Source of the DNA: Lama glama
Taxonomy: Eukaryota
Assembly (NCBI GenBank): GCA_028534125.1
Contig: CM052817.1
Location: forward strand, 20,090,001 to 20,154,000
Direction: 5' to 3'
DNA length: 64,000 nt
Numbering within the stretch: position 1 is the stretch's first letter; each line of letters starts with the position of its first letter. Position numbers and translations under genes: made by a program. A model generated the notes under the pieces. The model saw nothing but the letters and a program-made list of their open reading frames with translations, had not been told where the DNA came from and did not search any database. This document shows, one piece after another, positions 50,700-64,000 of this stretch.

Positions 50700-51270
50700 T
50701 ACACATCTTTTGACAATACTTGATAATTAATTATCTGCAAGAGCAAAACTTTAGTTGTAGAAATTTTATGTATGCTTATAGACATTTCAAACTCAAGCTG
50801 GTTAAGACTAAATTCACTATCTTTCCTCACAACCAAAAACAAAAGCTCAGATTTGCTTGTGTATTTTTAAATTCTCCGTCACTATCTCAATTCAACAATT
50901 TTTTGATAATGGACCAGGCTCTTATCCTAAAAAAGAATGCAAGAATTGGTGATATTTTCAGAAGAGAATCTATAGAAAATGCAGATGCAAAACACAACCA
51001 TATGTTTGTATGGATATTTATTTGACATTCTACTGATATAATGCACCAAGGGCAAAGCCTGTGTAGGTGTGTTTCTGTGTGTCTATGTGTTGTATATGTG
51101 ACTGTTTCCTGAATTTTATTTCTCTAGACCCTTATAAGTCGGTGAATATTTAATATATCACACAATTCCAAATCTCAGACTTATCTGTCTTTATTTCTTC
51201 CGTCCTCAAGCAAACCTCTGTCCCAAAATCTAAACAGTTGCCAATTTCTATAGATTTTACCTTCATCATA
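50700..51270 (+). mobile_element. L2 fragments
   Basis: 'agacatttcaaactcaagctggttaagactaaattcactatctttcctc' and 'atctaaacagttgccaatttctatagattttacctt'. Confidence 0.6.
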
Positions 51271-51289
51271 CATATTAACTTAAGTTAGC

Positions 51290-51435
51290 AATTGTGTATC
51301 AATAGTAATTCATTAACTGGAACAAATTAACCATAATAATATAATGTTAATAGTGGAAACTGGGAGTGAAGTATATGGAACCCTAAATTTCACTATGAAT
51401 CTGAAACTATTCTGAAAAATAAATACATTTCAAAA
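51290..51435 (+). mobile_element. Old L1 (L1MC-like) extreme 3' end
   Basis: 'atgttaatagtggaaactgggagtgaagtatatggaacc...tatgaatctgaaactattctgaaaaataaa'. Confidence 0.7.
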
Positions 51436-52584
51436 TATAGCATGGCAAGATTTCCTTTTTTAACTTGCAACTTTCCTTTTAGAATTTCATAATGACAAAG
51501 AAATTTATAAAACCATGTAGTCTATCTCAAGTTAGCATATTCTATTTTAAAAGAAGGTAACTGAAAAGGGATTACATAACCCAAATAAATGAATGACTAA
51601 TGACAGAATTGCAATAAATTTATCTCTTATGACTTCCTGATTAATCTTGTGAAAATAACTCTGTGATTTTATAATTTCCTTGCCAAAATAAACCTATGGT
51701 TTCCAAATTCTTTTAAAACAGCATCTGCACTTCTATGTTTGGCTTTAAGTTTTTCTCTTTCTCAATCCATATCCAAAACCTGTTTCCCACATCTTCATGA
51801 AACAGTCTCTCTCTTCCATTCAAGTTACCTCCTCATTTTCCCACATGGTGGAAAAATAAGAAAGAAAATGAAGGCGTAAAATTTGTGTGCCTTGCAAACT
51901 TTCAGCAGGACCGTTCCTCCTAGAATATTCTTCCCTCACCTTCATCTGATGACATTCTGCTCATGTTTTACAGTCCAGCTCAAAATTTACAACTGATAAT
52001 CAGTATTTTCTGAATGTGTTAGCTAAATGAAATTTTAATCTATAAATACAAAGTTTCTAGAAACCTGCCATTGTCTTCTACTGCAAAGAATTACTAATTT
52101 TAAGTTGCATCTTACATATATTGGAGAGGATTTATGTTATTCAATAAATACTTACTCAACGTGGCACGAATGTAAACTAAAAATGGAAAGGGATTACATC
52201 TATGAAAATCAGGTTGTGAAGAATAGAGAAGGAATTTGAGATGTTATCAAACATGCCAGTCCAGGAAATGTTGGGTGTGCGACGCTGGTGGAATATTGTT
52301 GAGCAGAACTGTAGAATTAGACAAGTGCTAGAAATTTAAATATAACAGCAGAGAGAGTAATGGTTATTTTAGTGCTGTGAGGGTAGGACAGAAGATAGAT
52401 CAGAAAATTCAGATAGGGTATATATTTACCATGTTCATAGGAATGTACTCATCAATTCCACACACGTGATCAAAACGGATCTTAAAAATACTTTTGAAGA
52501 AATAATTTTGGGGATAAAAAACAGGAGGAATTGAGATTAAGGTATTCTAACAAAGAATCATAAACAAAAAGAAAGAAAACTTAG

Positions 52585-55551
52585 TATTAATCTAGTCATG
52601 CCGGCTTTCTTATGATTGATGTTTGTTTTCCAAACAATTTACTTTTTTCTGATCAATGTCTTATATTTATGGTGGGTTTCTTAGAGACAGTATATATTTG
52701 GGTCTTTTTTATCCATTCCAACAGTTCCTGAATTTTAATTGGAGGTGTTTAGATTGTTTATATTTGATGAATTTGTTGATATAGTTGGTATAAATCTACT
52801 ATTTCTATCATTTTGTTCCCTCTGTTCTTTCTTTCCATTTTTCTTTTTGTTTTCTTCTGGATTAAGTTCATTTTAATGATTTTATTTTATCTCATTTTTG
52901 GCTTATTATCTATAATTCTCTGTTTTATCATTTTAAAGTTTGTTTAGAATTTTAAAAATATATATCTTTAATGTATCATAGTCTCCCTTCAAACAAAATT
53001 ATACTACTTTATGTATAATGCAAAAGCTTAAAACAGTATAATCCTGAATGTTGTGCACTTGTTTTCTTACATTTTACTTCCATATATGTTATAAATCCCA
53101 CAACACATTGTTGTTATTCATTTTGCTTAAACAATTATCCTTCAAAGTAATTTTAAAAATAAGGAAAATGTCTTTTTATCTGCACATAACCATTTTCATT
53201 TTTTATTCTTTCTGTAGATCACCATTTCAATTTCTTACTATTTTCTTTCTCCCTAAAGGGCTTTCTTTAACACTCCTCGTAGTGATGATAATAGTGATGT
53301 TGATGATATATCCTTTCAGATTTTTATATATCAGGTCTTTACTCTGGCTTCATTTTCAAAATATATTTTGCTGAAATAATGTTCTAGTTTGACATATTTT
53401 TCAGTACTTTTAAGATGCTTCTCCCTTTTTCTGGCTTGAATTACTGTTGATAATAAATCTGCTCTCATTCTTATATTTATTCCTGTGTGCATATATTTTT
53501 TTCCCTTGCAGCTTTAAAGTTTTTCTTTTATCACTGGTTTTAAGCAATGATTATGATGTCCCTTGGTGCTGTTTTTTCCTTCTTCTTTATGCTTAAAATT
53601 CATTGAGCTTCTTGGATCTTTGGGTTTATAACTTTTATCAAATTTGGAAAAATTTGTCCTTTATTTCTTCAAATATTTTCTCCATTGTTCCCACTTCTCT
53701 TCCTGATATTTGAGTTACAATTGTATCAGGACATTTAATAGCTCATAATTCACTGATGCTCTATTAATTCTTTACAGACTTCAAAAAAATTTATATTTCA
53801 TTTTCTACCATTTCTTGATTGTGATATGTTTAAATTAAGTAATATTTTTCTTCTACAGTGTCTAATTTCTTTTAATTCAATTCATTTTATTTTTTATTTT
53901 AGAGGTTATATTTTTATCTCTAGAGGTTCACTTTGGGTTTCATCTTTATTTTTTATTTTTCTCTGTATCATCTTTACATCCTACATTTTTGGAACATATT
54001 GAATATATTTTCCATGTACCATGTATGATGTTTTACACTTTTTACCTATTCTATTATGTGTACCTTTTTGGAATCTGATTCAGTTGATTGATGTTTATTC
54101 TTACTATGCATTATATTTTTCTACTCCTTTGCATGCCTGGTATTTTTTCAAATAAATGCCAAAGGTGAGTTTTACATGACTGGTTGCTCGAATTATCTGT
54201 GCTCTCATCAATATTTCTGGGCTTTGTTCTGGAATGTAGTTGAGTTACTAGGAAACAAGTTTTAACCTTTTGAGGCTTGCTTTTCAGCTTTCTTGGGAAA
54301 GTCCAGACAGTTTTTCTAGAGCTAACGTGGCCTCACTATGGAGGCAATAATCTTTTATGTGTTCTGCATGAAACCGTGTGTGTTAGGATATCTTTCCATT
54401 CTGACTTGTGGGAAATGCATAATATCCAGTTTTATCTTACCTGCTCTTTAGTGATCATTTCCTGGATCTAGTTTCCTCACAACATGTGCTGTTAGGCAAT
54501 CACATGTTTGCTTGTGATACTGTGTATCTCCAGTGCTTTCTCTCTCTTTCTGTGTGTGTGTGTGTCCTATCTGGGTTCTACCCTGTGATTTCTAGACACC
54601 TTGACCTCCCTAAAGTCTGAACTCCTTTTCAACTAATTAATATAACTAGCCTTCTTGAGTCTCACCTCCTTGGACTTTGGCCTAAAAAATTTGTGTAATT
54701 AGTAAGATGGAAAATCATATGGTTCAAATTTTTTTTTCATTTATCAGTGTTCTATCTTGTATGTTTTCCAAAATCTGAAAATATTTACTTCATACATTTT
54801 GTCTGCATTTGTTTGCATAGCAAAGTGATTCAGTTATACATATATATATTATCAGATTCCTTTCTATTATAGATTATCACAAGATATTAAATATAGTTCT
54901 CTGCATTGTACAGTAGGCCCTTGTCGTTTATCTGTTTTATATATAGTAGTGTGTATCTGTTAATCCCAAATTCCAAATTTGCCCCTCCCCTTCTCCCTTT
55001 GGTAACCATACGTTTGTTTTCTATGTCTGTGAGTCTATTTTTATTTTGTAAATAAGTTCATTTGTATCATTTTTTTTTGGATTCCACATGTAAGTGATAG
55101 CATATAATATTTGTCTTTCTCTCCATGACTTACTTCATTTAGTATGATAATCTCTTGGTCCATCCCTGTTGTGGCAGATGGCATTATTTCACTCTTTTTT
55201 ATGACTGAGTAGTATTCCAATGTGTGTATATTACATTTTCTTTATCCAATTATCTATTGATGGACATTTTGATTGCTTCCATGTCTTGGCTATTATAAAT
55301 AGTGCTTCTATGAACATTGAGGTTCATGTATATTTTTGAATTAGAGTTTTCATCTTTTCTGGGTATATACCCAGGAGTTAGATTGCCAGATCATATGTTA
55401 ACTCTATCATTTGTTTTTTAAGGAACCTCCATACTGTTCTCCATAGTGGCTGCATCAATTTACACCCCCATCAGCAGTGTAAGAGATTTCCCTTTCACTG
55501 AGAAAGTAAATTCTGTCTTTGTCACTTCATCATGACAAGAAATGGCAAGTT
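52585..55551 (-). mobile_element. Ancient L1M 5' half (start of ORF2, ORF1 region, 5' end), interrupted by a younger L1
   Basis: Antisense endonuclease start 'tttcttagagacagtatatatttgggtcttttttatccattc'; ORF1-region blocks 'cattgagcttcttggatct' and 'ttatcaaatttggaaaaattt'. A short piece at 55499-55551 appears to resume the element after the nested L1. Confidence 0.8.
54812..55498 (-). mobile_element. Younger L1 3' fragment, cetartiodactyl type
   Basis: 'agcaaagtgattcagttatacata', 'ggtaaccatacgtttgttttctatgtctgtgagtc', 'aggaacctccatactgttctccatagtggctgc'. Related to the L1 at 31167-32066. Confidence 0.93.
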
Positions 55552-57381
55552 CAACATAGCTTAAAATTGGCAATTAATTATGGGAAAAATGGAGGCTGAT
55601 GTAAGAATATTTAGGGATAAATGAATAAATAAAAGATGATGGAATCTGCAGTGGATGGTGAGGAAGGGGAAAGAATCTAGAGCAACCCATTTTCTTTACT
55701 TTTCCTGGTTGATGTTTCTTGTGCCTTTCTTTAAGCTCTATCTGTTTCATCTTTTGATTAGCATTCTATTTATTCTCTACTTTCCTTTGACATAGGTATA
55801 TAGGTGAATTCTACTTATATTTCTTTTGCATTTAAGTCTGCCCTCCAACACACACATCTATACCACAATAATCTAGTCAACCTAGATTACCAAACCAAAT
55901 TTTAATATATTAATGCTCAGAGATTATTTTCACTGTACATAATAATAGGAAAGACTATCCACTTGGCTATTATACATTCATTATATATCCAGTACATTGG
56001 TTGTATTAATGGACTAAGTCATCTATGTGGTAGGAAAATCTTTTGCTGTACCTATCATTTTAAACATATATATGTATATTTTAGAATGGATTTATATTGT
56101 TGAGATGAATTCTGAATATACAAAATAATCATTTAATTTAGGTATGAAATTCTGTTTTGGAATTGAATGATGAAACCAATTGATATTGAAATATGGAGAA
56201 CCTTATGTTGTTTTAAAATATAATCTGCAACTAAAAATATTTGTCACTTACCTATATACATCATTGGATTTGGGGACGCCACTAGATGGATAAGAAATAA
56301 GAATACAAAATCATAGATGGAAAATAATTTTTAATAAAAGATTTATAAAATATATATCTCAATATAAAATTCTTCCTGATTGAATCACTGAATCATTCTT
56401 AGAATACAAATGAAATAAAACTTTCTTAAATTCTAATCTCCAGAGATTGAAATAAATTCTATGTGGTACTAAAATTTGAAAATGCAGTGGTGAATATTTA
56501 TTTATTACATATCAACACATTATTCGTCACAGAATAAATATTCCTTGTTTTCAAGTTGAAATCATCTCAGAAAATTAGGGTCAGATTTTATAATCTACTC
56601 TACATTCAAATTCAAATCTTATTTTTTATAAAGAATCATCAGATACGGAAACAATATGAATTTTCTGCCTCCTATTTTCCTTGAACTCCTCAGCATTCGC
56701 ATACAAACACCAAGAAAGGAAAAAAAAAAAGAAAAGAAAATGCTGAGTTTTTGTTTCAGGTTAACAAGGTGGATGGAATGGCATCTTACTCAGTGATAAT
56801 TTGTGAAATGTTCTATTGCTAATGAAGTCAAATGCCACCCTGGTTGCCTGCCAAAACTCCAAATTTGGAAGTACCTATTACATCAATACTGACAAGGCAG
56901 GAAATATGAACGCTTGAACTTAGCATCAAGGAACAAACAAACCAAAAAATCCTCCCAAACAGGGGAGCACTCTAATGAGCTGCAGAACTCCATGCTGACT
57001 CCAGATGCCACTGGAATTAGAAACTAGATATTTCTTACCTCTGTTCAGGAAAAAAAAAAATGCTGAAGACTGACTGCGACTACATTTGATTGACTTTTCA
57101 ACCTTCTCTATTGCATATAGAAAATGTCAATTACCCATAATCGTGATTTTTAAGTAGTTGTTTGTTCAGTTTAGTGTCTTCTAATGATATTTGCATTTGT
57201 TTACATTTTCCTGCAATATAAATTATCAGAATAACTGAAATACAAAGTTATCCAACTTAAAGAAAGTTATTAGAACTTGAAGGAACTAGATCACTGCCTT
57301 GCCACTGTACTATTTTATGTGAAAACATAAATTGATTACTTAAGTTTGAATATAGAGAATTTTTTATTTTGAAGTAAAGAT

Positions 57382-57399
57382 ATGTGTGTGTGTGTGTGT
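57382..57399. repeat. (TG)n microsatellite
   Basis: Read directly. Confidence 0.9.
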
Positions 57400-57718
57400 A
57401 CTGGTGTCTCACATTTATTCACACTATGACTTTGGTGTGCAGTAACAGTGTAGTTTCTTTATCTACAACTATTGTAGAAACCCTAACTTTCTGGATGTAG
57501 AAAGAATAGCATTATAGTCCCATTCATTAACATTAGGCTGAAAAATAATATAAATAGTCATTTTAAATAATGCTCGGTCTCTCTAGGTAAGAATTGTCAG
57601 ACTTTCATATTTCTCCTCAAACTCTGCTCCTCTCAAAGATGGTTTCTTTATTTGGGTGGGGCTTTGTGGCTGTTTAGGTAAAGATGTCCTTAAATCCTCT
57701 GTGGCGTTTCCTTGATCT

Positions 57719-60040
57719 CTTATTTTGATAAAAATGCTTAACATAGGATCCACCCTCTTAAGAAACTGTTGAGTGTACAATAGAGTACTGTTAACTGCAA
57801 TTACAAGGTTGTATAGCGTATCTCTACAACTTTCTCATTTGACTGAACTAAAATTTAATGTCTTTGGTTAAAGTCTCCCCATTTTTCCTTCCCTCAGCCT
57901 CTAGCATTCTTTGATTCTATGTATTTGACTATTTTAGACCCTTCATCTATAAATGGAATCATGCAATATTTGTCCTATGTGACCAACTTACTTCACGTAA
58001 CATTATGTTCTCAAGGTTCATCTGTGTGGTAGCACATGACAGAATTTCCTCCTTTTTAAGCTGAATAATATTCTGTTGTATGTATATACATATGCCACCT
58101 TTTCTTTATTAATTCATTTTTTTCAGTGGACATTTAGTTATCTTGTATGACTTGGAATAATGTTGCAATGAAAGTCGGTATGCAATATCTTTTGAGATCC
58201 TGTTTTGAATATATACCCAAAAGAAGTGGGATTGCTGGATCATATGGCAATTCTATTTATAGTTTTTTAAGAAAATGCTACACTGTTTTCCAAAGCAGCG
58301 GCACCATTTTACATTCTCACCAACAGTGCACAAGAGTTCCAGTTTCTCTACATCTTCACCAATTCTTATTTGTTTGCCTGCTTGTTTTTGAAAGCGGTCA
58401 GCTAATCGGTTGAGGTGATATCTTACCATGGTTTTGATAAGCATTTCTCTGGTGATTAGTGATGTTGATCATCTTTTCATGTACCTGTTGGCCATTTGTA
58501 TATTTTATGGAGAAATGTCTATTAGAGCCTTCAGCCCATTTTTAAATTGAGATAGCATGTTTTTGTTATTGAGTTATAGAAGTTCCTTATATACTTGGAG
58601 TATCAACCCTTTATCAAATATATGGCTTGCAAGTACTTTGTCTCATTCTGTAGGCTGTCTTTTCATTCTGTTGATTGCTTTCTTGGCTGTGCAGAAGCTT
58701 TTAGTTTGATATAGTACCACTTTTCTATTTTTGCTTCTGTTGCCTATGCTTTTGTTATTATACCCAAGAACTTATTGCCAATGTCATAAAGTGTTTCCTT
58801 CATGTTTTCTTCTCAGATATTTTTAAAGTTTCAGGTCTTACATTTAAGTCTTTAATTTGTTTGGAAATGATTTTTGTGTATGGTGTCAGATAAGTGTCCA
58901 AATTCTTTCTTTTGCATGTGGATATCCAGTTCCCAACACCATTTATTGGAAAGACTATTCTTTCCCCATTTTGTATTCTTGGCTCTCTCACCAAAGGTTA
59001 GTCAACCACGTATGTGTGGATTTGTCTTCATACTCTCTATTTAGTCCCATTGCCATAGGTCTGATTTTATGTCTGTACAATACTACTTCAATTACCATAG
59101 CTTTGCACTATATTTTGAAATCAGGAAATATGATGCCTCTTACTGTGTTCTTCCTTCTCAACATTGATTTGTCTGCTTGGAGTGTTTTGTAATTACACGT
59201 GAATTTTATAACTGTTTTTTTCCATTTTTGTAAAAGCTGCCATTGAGATTTTAATAGAAATTTCACTGAATTTGTAAATTGCTTTGCATAGTATGGACAT
59301 TCGAACAATATTGTCTTTTAATCCATGAACAGGAATATCTTTTCATCTGTTTGTCTTTTAAATTTCATTTCATCAATGTTTTGTAGTTTTCAGTTTACAC
59401 GCCTTTCAAATCCTTAGTTAAATTTAATCCTAAGTATTTTGTTATTTTTAACTGTAAGTGGAATTGTTTTACTAATTTCCTTTTCAGATAGTTTGTTGAT
59501 AGTGGATTGAAGTCCAACTGATTTTTGTATGTTGATTTTGAAACATACAACTTCACTAAATTTGTTTATGAGTTGTAGTAATTTTCTCTTTTTTAATAGA
59601 GTCTTTAGGGCTTTCTATCTATAGTATCTTGTCATTTGCAAGAAGAAATAATTTTACTACTTCCTTTCCAATCTGAATGTGTTTTATTTATTTATAATTG
59701 ATTTGGTTAGGACTTCCAGATCTGTGTCGAATAAAAATGATGAGAGTATGCATCCTATTTTGTTCCTGATTTTAAAGAAAGTTTGTTCAACTTTTCACTG
59801 TTGCTTATGATGTTAACTGTGAGCTTTCCATAGGTGGCCTTTATTATGCTGAGGTATGTTTTTTCCACACCAAATTTGTTGAGAGTTCCTGAATTTTATC
59901 AGATGCTTTTTCCGCATCTTTTGAGACCATCATGTGATTTTTATCCTTTATTCTGTTAATGTGGTGTATTATATTAATTGATTTTCATATGTTGAACCAT
60001 CCTTGCACCTTAGAGATAAATCCCATTTGGTCATGGTGTA
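57719..60040 (-). mobile_element. L1MA9-like element, 3'UTR plus 3' half of ORF2
   Basis: 3' end 'cttaacataggatccaccctcttaa...gtgtacaatagagtactgttaact'. Minus-strand peptides such as [21 protein letters not shown] and GIIFPDFK are decayed ORF2. Confidence 0.93.
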
Positions 60041-60054
60041 CGAGATATAAATAT

Positions 60055-60375
60055 ATTTGCATGTGGCCTTTCTTTTATCTAGAAAGCTCTTTCTCAAAAT
60101 ATCCACATGGTTTTCTCCCTCACTTTATCTTGGTATTTGATCAAAATTTTTATAAATTATCCTCATAGTCTTCTTATATTAATAGCATCATCAACTCTAT
60201 CCCACGATCCCTACTTTTAAAAACATGTATGTGAATTACATGCTATTTAACTTGCTTTATATGTGGTTTAATTTCCTGTATTTTCTTATTGGAAGAGATT
60301 ATTCTGCTTAACTGTGAATACCTCAAACATAAAAATATGTATGGTACATAATAAAGAAATAATATCAGTTGTTGT
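60055..60375 (+). mobile_element. L2 3' fragment
   Basis: 'tctagaaagctctttctcaaaatatccacatggttttctccctcacttt' and the terminus 'tatggtacataata...aatatcagttgttg'. Confidence 0.65.
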
Positions 60376-61214
60376 TATTTTATTTTTATATAGTGCCTTA
60401 AACTAGATATAGAAATTTTTGCCCTTTTTTTGATACAGTTGAAGTTTGTGATAATTTTTTTCCAAAGGGAAGTATTGCAATCCTTATGGTATCAAAACCA
60501 AAACTATTTAAGAAATGATGAAAAATTAATACCTTTTCCAGCACCCAGGAAGGAGTTTGTGTAATACTACATTATTCATGAGATAAGAAGAATAAGGCTT
60601 CCTTACAAAAAAATATAATGGTTATCATCTAGAACAGTTTGTAGTTTGTTCGTAGAAAATAAAACCATTCAGTTTCTAATGATTTCTCTCCTTTTTCGAT
60701 CATATGAACTATTTCCTTTATTAAATGATACTAATTATTTATATATATTTTTAATGTAACACATGACTAAAGAAAAGCATTTTTTAATAATTTTTAAAGT
60801 TTGAAATCTATTGACAATACACATATGAAATTAAAGCCATGTATCACATTTTTATTCAGGGAATATGGTACAACTTTGAGTAAAACTCCTTTCTAAGGAA
60901 AACTGAGAATGTCATAATTACTTTGTAGAATGATTAATGGTACTCATAAATTTAGGTATTAGCCAATTCTGTTAAGAGTCAGGTTTGTTCATAAAATATT
61001 CTATGAAACATTTTTATTCTAATCCCCAACCCCCATTCCAAAGGTGCTAGTCAAAAGTCTTCTTCTTGACAATTTCACCATGCCTTCCTTCCATAACATT
61101 TACATTTTCTTGTAATTAAATAGTTAACTGAAAAATGGTCTATATAATAGGTAGCTGATTATCAGACTTCTATAGAAATTTAGCCCAAATTTACTCTTCG
61201 GAATTGACCATGGT

Positions 61215-61582
61215 ATTCCTAGAAGTGAAATAGATTGGAAACCCATATACACATGTATATGTAATTACGGAAGAAATGGAGAAATTGAGAGAGAAAAACT
61301 ACAGAAATTTGCTCACAGGACAACCCCGGACATATCTGTAGTTTGGGTTCAAAGGCAGTCAACTGGCAGAATATCTTTATGCTCATTATTTGTCATTATT
61401 TGTTTTATTAAGGCCTTCAACTGATTGGATAAGGGCCACTCACATGGTAATTTGCTTTACTCAATGTCCAATGATTAAAATATTAATGTCAGTCGAAAAA
61501 ACAACTTCACAGAAGCATTCAAAATAGTATTTGACCAAGCACTGTGGCCCAGCCAAGTTAATACATAGAATTAATCATAACA
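61215..61582 (-). mobile_element. MLT2 (ERVL) LTR
   Basis: 'ttaaggccttcaactgattggataagggccactcacat', 'gtatttgaccaa', and 'cccagccaagttaatacatagaattaatcataaca', the reverse complement of the MLT2 5' end. Confidence 0.9.
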
Positions 61583-63704
61583 GGGGTCATTAAATATTAA
61601 TAAAGCCAGGATAGCCAAAGTGATTAAGTATATACATAGGCACTCGGTGGAGAAACCTGTGTTTAGAACCAAGCTAGCTGATCCCCCTACCCTAAAAGAG
61701 TGGAATATAAATATACCTAGCTCCTCTTAATCATGGCATGAACAACACATTTAAAAATAAAAGAAAGAAAATAAATGATTCCTATTTAGTGAATCTAGAC
61801 TATGTATCTACAATGACATACAATATGTATCTACAAACAAAGTTCAAAGTGGCAGATCTCCCTTAATCCCTAGCAGGTGACAGAAGAGCACATGGTGATT
61901 AGAACTTAACTAGAGCTGAACTTAACTAGTTCACTTAACTCTTGAGTGAATTTATCATATTAAAGTATCACCTAGGTTAATTTAGAATAAGAGATTGATA
62001 TGGAAGTCAAGTAGAACTTCTAAACATTATCTTGTCAATTTCTTTATCCAATTATTTTACTCCCTGATATCAAGAACTCGAGTTATCATATTATCCTACA
62101 GAATGAGTACCTGATTGATTCACTTCCAACATGTTCAGTTAGAAGTGTCCACAATACAGAGGAACATATCAGGTCAAGACTGGAGTTATTATTATACTGG
62201 TGTTACTTACAACATTGAGTGTTTAGTGTTAACTAACATAAAATATACAAAGTCAAGAAAATTAAGCTAAGTAGAAACACAGGGGAAAGAAAACAATAGT
62301 TAAGTGACTGATGTAAATTATTAATTAGGAAATAAATCTGATGAATAGCAGTTTGTTTTCTTCACTGCAGAGTATTTTTTAAAGTAATTAGAAAGACCCA
62401 AATAAGGAGGAGAAAGATTAGAGTAATTTTGATCAAAAAGGAAATGATTTTTAAAAGAAGCAAAAAGAATGTGATTATTGAAATATTCTCTATGTTGTGT
62501 TAGAATTAATTGAATGTATTAAGACAGATAATTCAGCAGATGAATGAAAGTGATATGATTTTTGTAGATTGCAGGATTTGGGGGTTTGATGACAAAAATG
62601 AAGGAAACCAATAATATAATTTTAGTAGATTTGAGAATGAAGTAGCAGCCACAATTCTCAGCTGCCTCACTTGGGAGATCCCCTCCTAATTCTGCAGATG
62701 TTATAATGAGAACATGTTACATGCGAATGAATAAAACATTCATTCCTGGAAGGGCATCACCTTATGGGGTCATCTGGCATTCAGTCTGTAGTATTCATTA
62801 AATCAGCTCATGAAGACTGAGACTTAAGTGGTATTGTGAAGAGCCTGCAACCCTCAGGTCCCGCTCATTCATTATATCATCTGTGCACAGAGCAAGAAAA
62901 GTTAATACTCATAAGTCTGAATTGCTTCACCTAGTTCTCCCAATTTCATTGTTCCACTGAAAAAAACCTAAAAACTGGAAAAGGGAAAGCTATCTACTCA
63001 TAACTTTTGCATTGGTTTTGGTTGCAAGTCGTTGTAGCATTTCACAGCCTTGATTTGTTAGTTTTCCTAGGTTATGCTGCCAACAAGCTGCCCTTTCCTA
63101 CAAGTAACAGGTGAGCAAGTAAACAAGTAGAAGAAGAAAAAGGAGAAACCATCCACAAAGGAGAATCGGAGGGATCATATGAGGAAAAATAAGAGAGCAG
63201 CATTTGGAAAAAAAAGTTAGGAAATGTTTGAGGACACAGTGGTCAACAGATCCAGATGCAACAGAGAAAAAGAAAGAAGTGTTTTGAACTTAGAGACACT
63301 GGCATTACCATTAAATGTCACAGGATCCTCCTCAAGGTTTGGGGAGGTGGGTGGTAATAGGGCATCAAAACTACATCATCACATAAAAATAATATTCAGG
63401 AGTGGAATACATGTGAATTAAAATGATAAATGCACAGTATAGTAGAAAACTCAATGGAAATGACAAAGAGAAAAGGGAAACACAAATACACTAGAGTTGC
63501 TGGTTTGGAATTAAGTCTTTGTCTAAAACTGTTATTTGATGTCTTGGAAGGAGTTTTGAAATCCTGTGCTCTTGACTTAAAGGCTCACTCTTAACCTATT
63601 GTTAACAATTCAAAATGACTCAAATTCATAATAAAAATGATAATACAGGATGAAATAATTTCTTCTTTACAGCATTGCACACTTATTTGTTTATTTGTTG
63701 CTCT

Positions 63705-64000
63705 TTTTGAGAGTAACAGGACTTTATTTAGAAAAGTGGGAAATACAGAAAAATATAAAGAAGAAAATAATTTCCAGAAGTCTCAAAATGAATAACAATT
63801 ATGACCATTCTACATTATTTCCTTCAATCTTTTTTTTTGATGAAACTATAATACATGTGAATATTTGCATGTACTTTGCTAAAAATTCAGACCACGCTCC
63901 ACATTCAACTATGCAAAATGTTATTCCTTTTATAAACATATTGTGAGCACTGTTACCACAATAGTAAATTTTTAATGTCTGCACAACTATATTCTGTTTC
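63705..64000 (-). mobile_element. Ancient L1ME-like 3'UTR fragment
   Basis: 'gaaaagtgggaaatacagaaaaatataaagaagaaaataa' is typical of antisense L1ME 3' ends. Confidence 0.5.

Noticed and set aside
61385..61935. Short direct repeats (tcattatttg x2, tatgtatctacaa x2, gaacttaactag x2) as a possible array
   Set aside because: Only two copies each, with unrelated units and no regular repeat-spacer structure. These are ordinary micro-duplications, not CRISPR-like.
1..64000. CpG island, processed pseudogene, NUMT, non-retroviral viral insert or provirus internal region
   Set aside because: None was recognised by eye. CpG is depleted throughout and all LTRs appear solo or fragmentary. A highly decayed copy could be missed without BLASTX.

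Overview
AT-rich, CpG-depleted mammalian non-coding DNA, most likely from a camelid (alpaca/llama/camel). The lineage call rests on a tRNA-derived SINE at 40348-40499 resembling the camelid vic-1 SINE and on cetartiodactyl-type L1 3' ends. I found no protein-coding gene, RNA gene, CpG island or prokaryotic system. The ORF track consists of decayed L1 ORF2 pieces, LTR/L2/MIR-derived frames and chance frames. Much of the window is decayed transposons: L1 of several ages, L2, MIR, MaLR/ERVL/ERV1 solo LTRs and hAT DNA elements, plus microsatellites. Family names come from my recall of consensus sequences, not from a search, and boundaries of old elements are approximate. The best leads are modest: (i) a largely TE-free block at 37.5-38.5 kb with a motif cluster, a strong splice donor and a well-formed 117-nt + strand exon whose only ATG is its last three bases, possibly an unannotated 5' end or lncRNA; (ii) a strong minus-strand bias of LTRs, suggesting the window lies in a + strand transcription unit; (iii) a perfect 17-bp inverted repeat and several nested insertions with readable target-site duplications (TSDs). 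I cannot support a novel biological system here.
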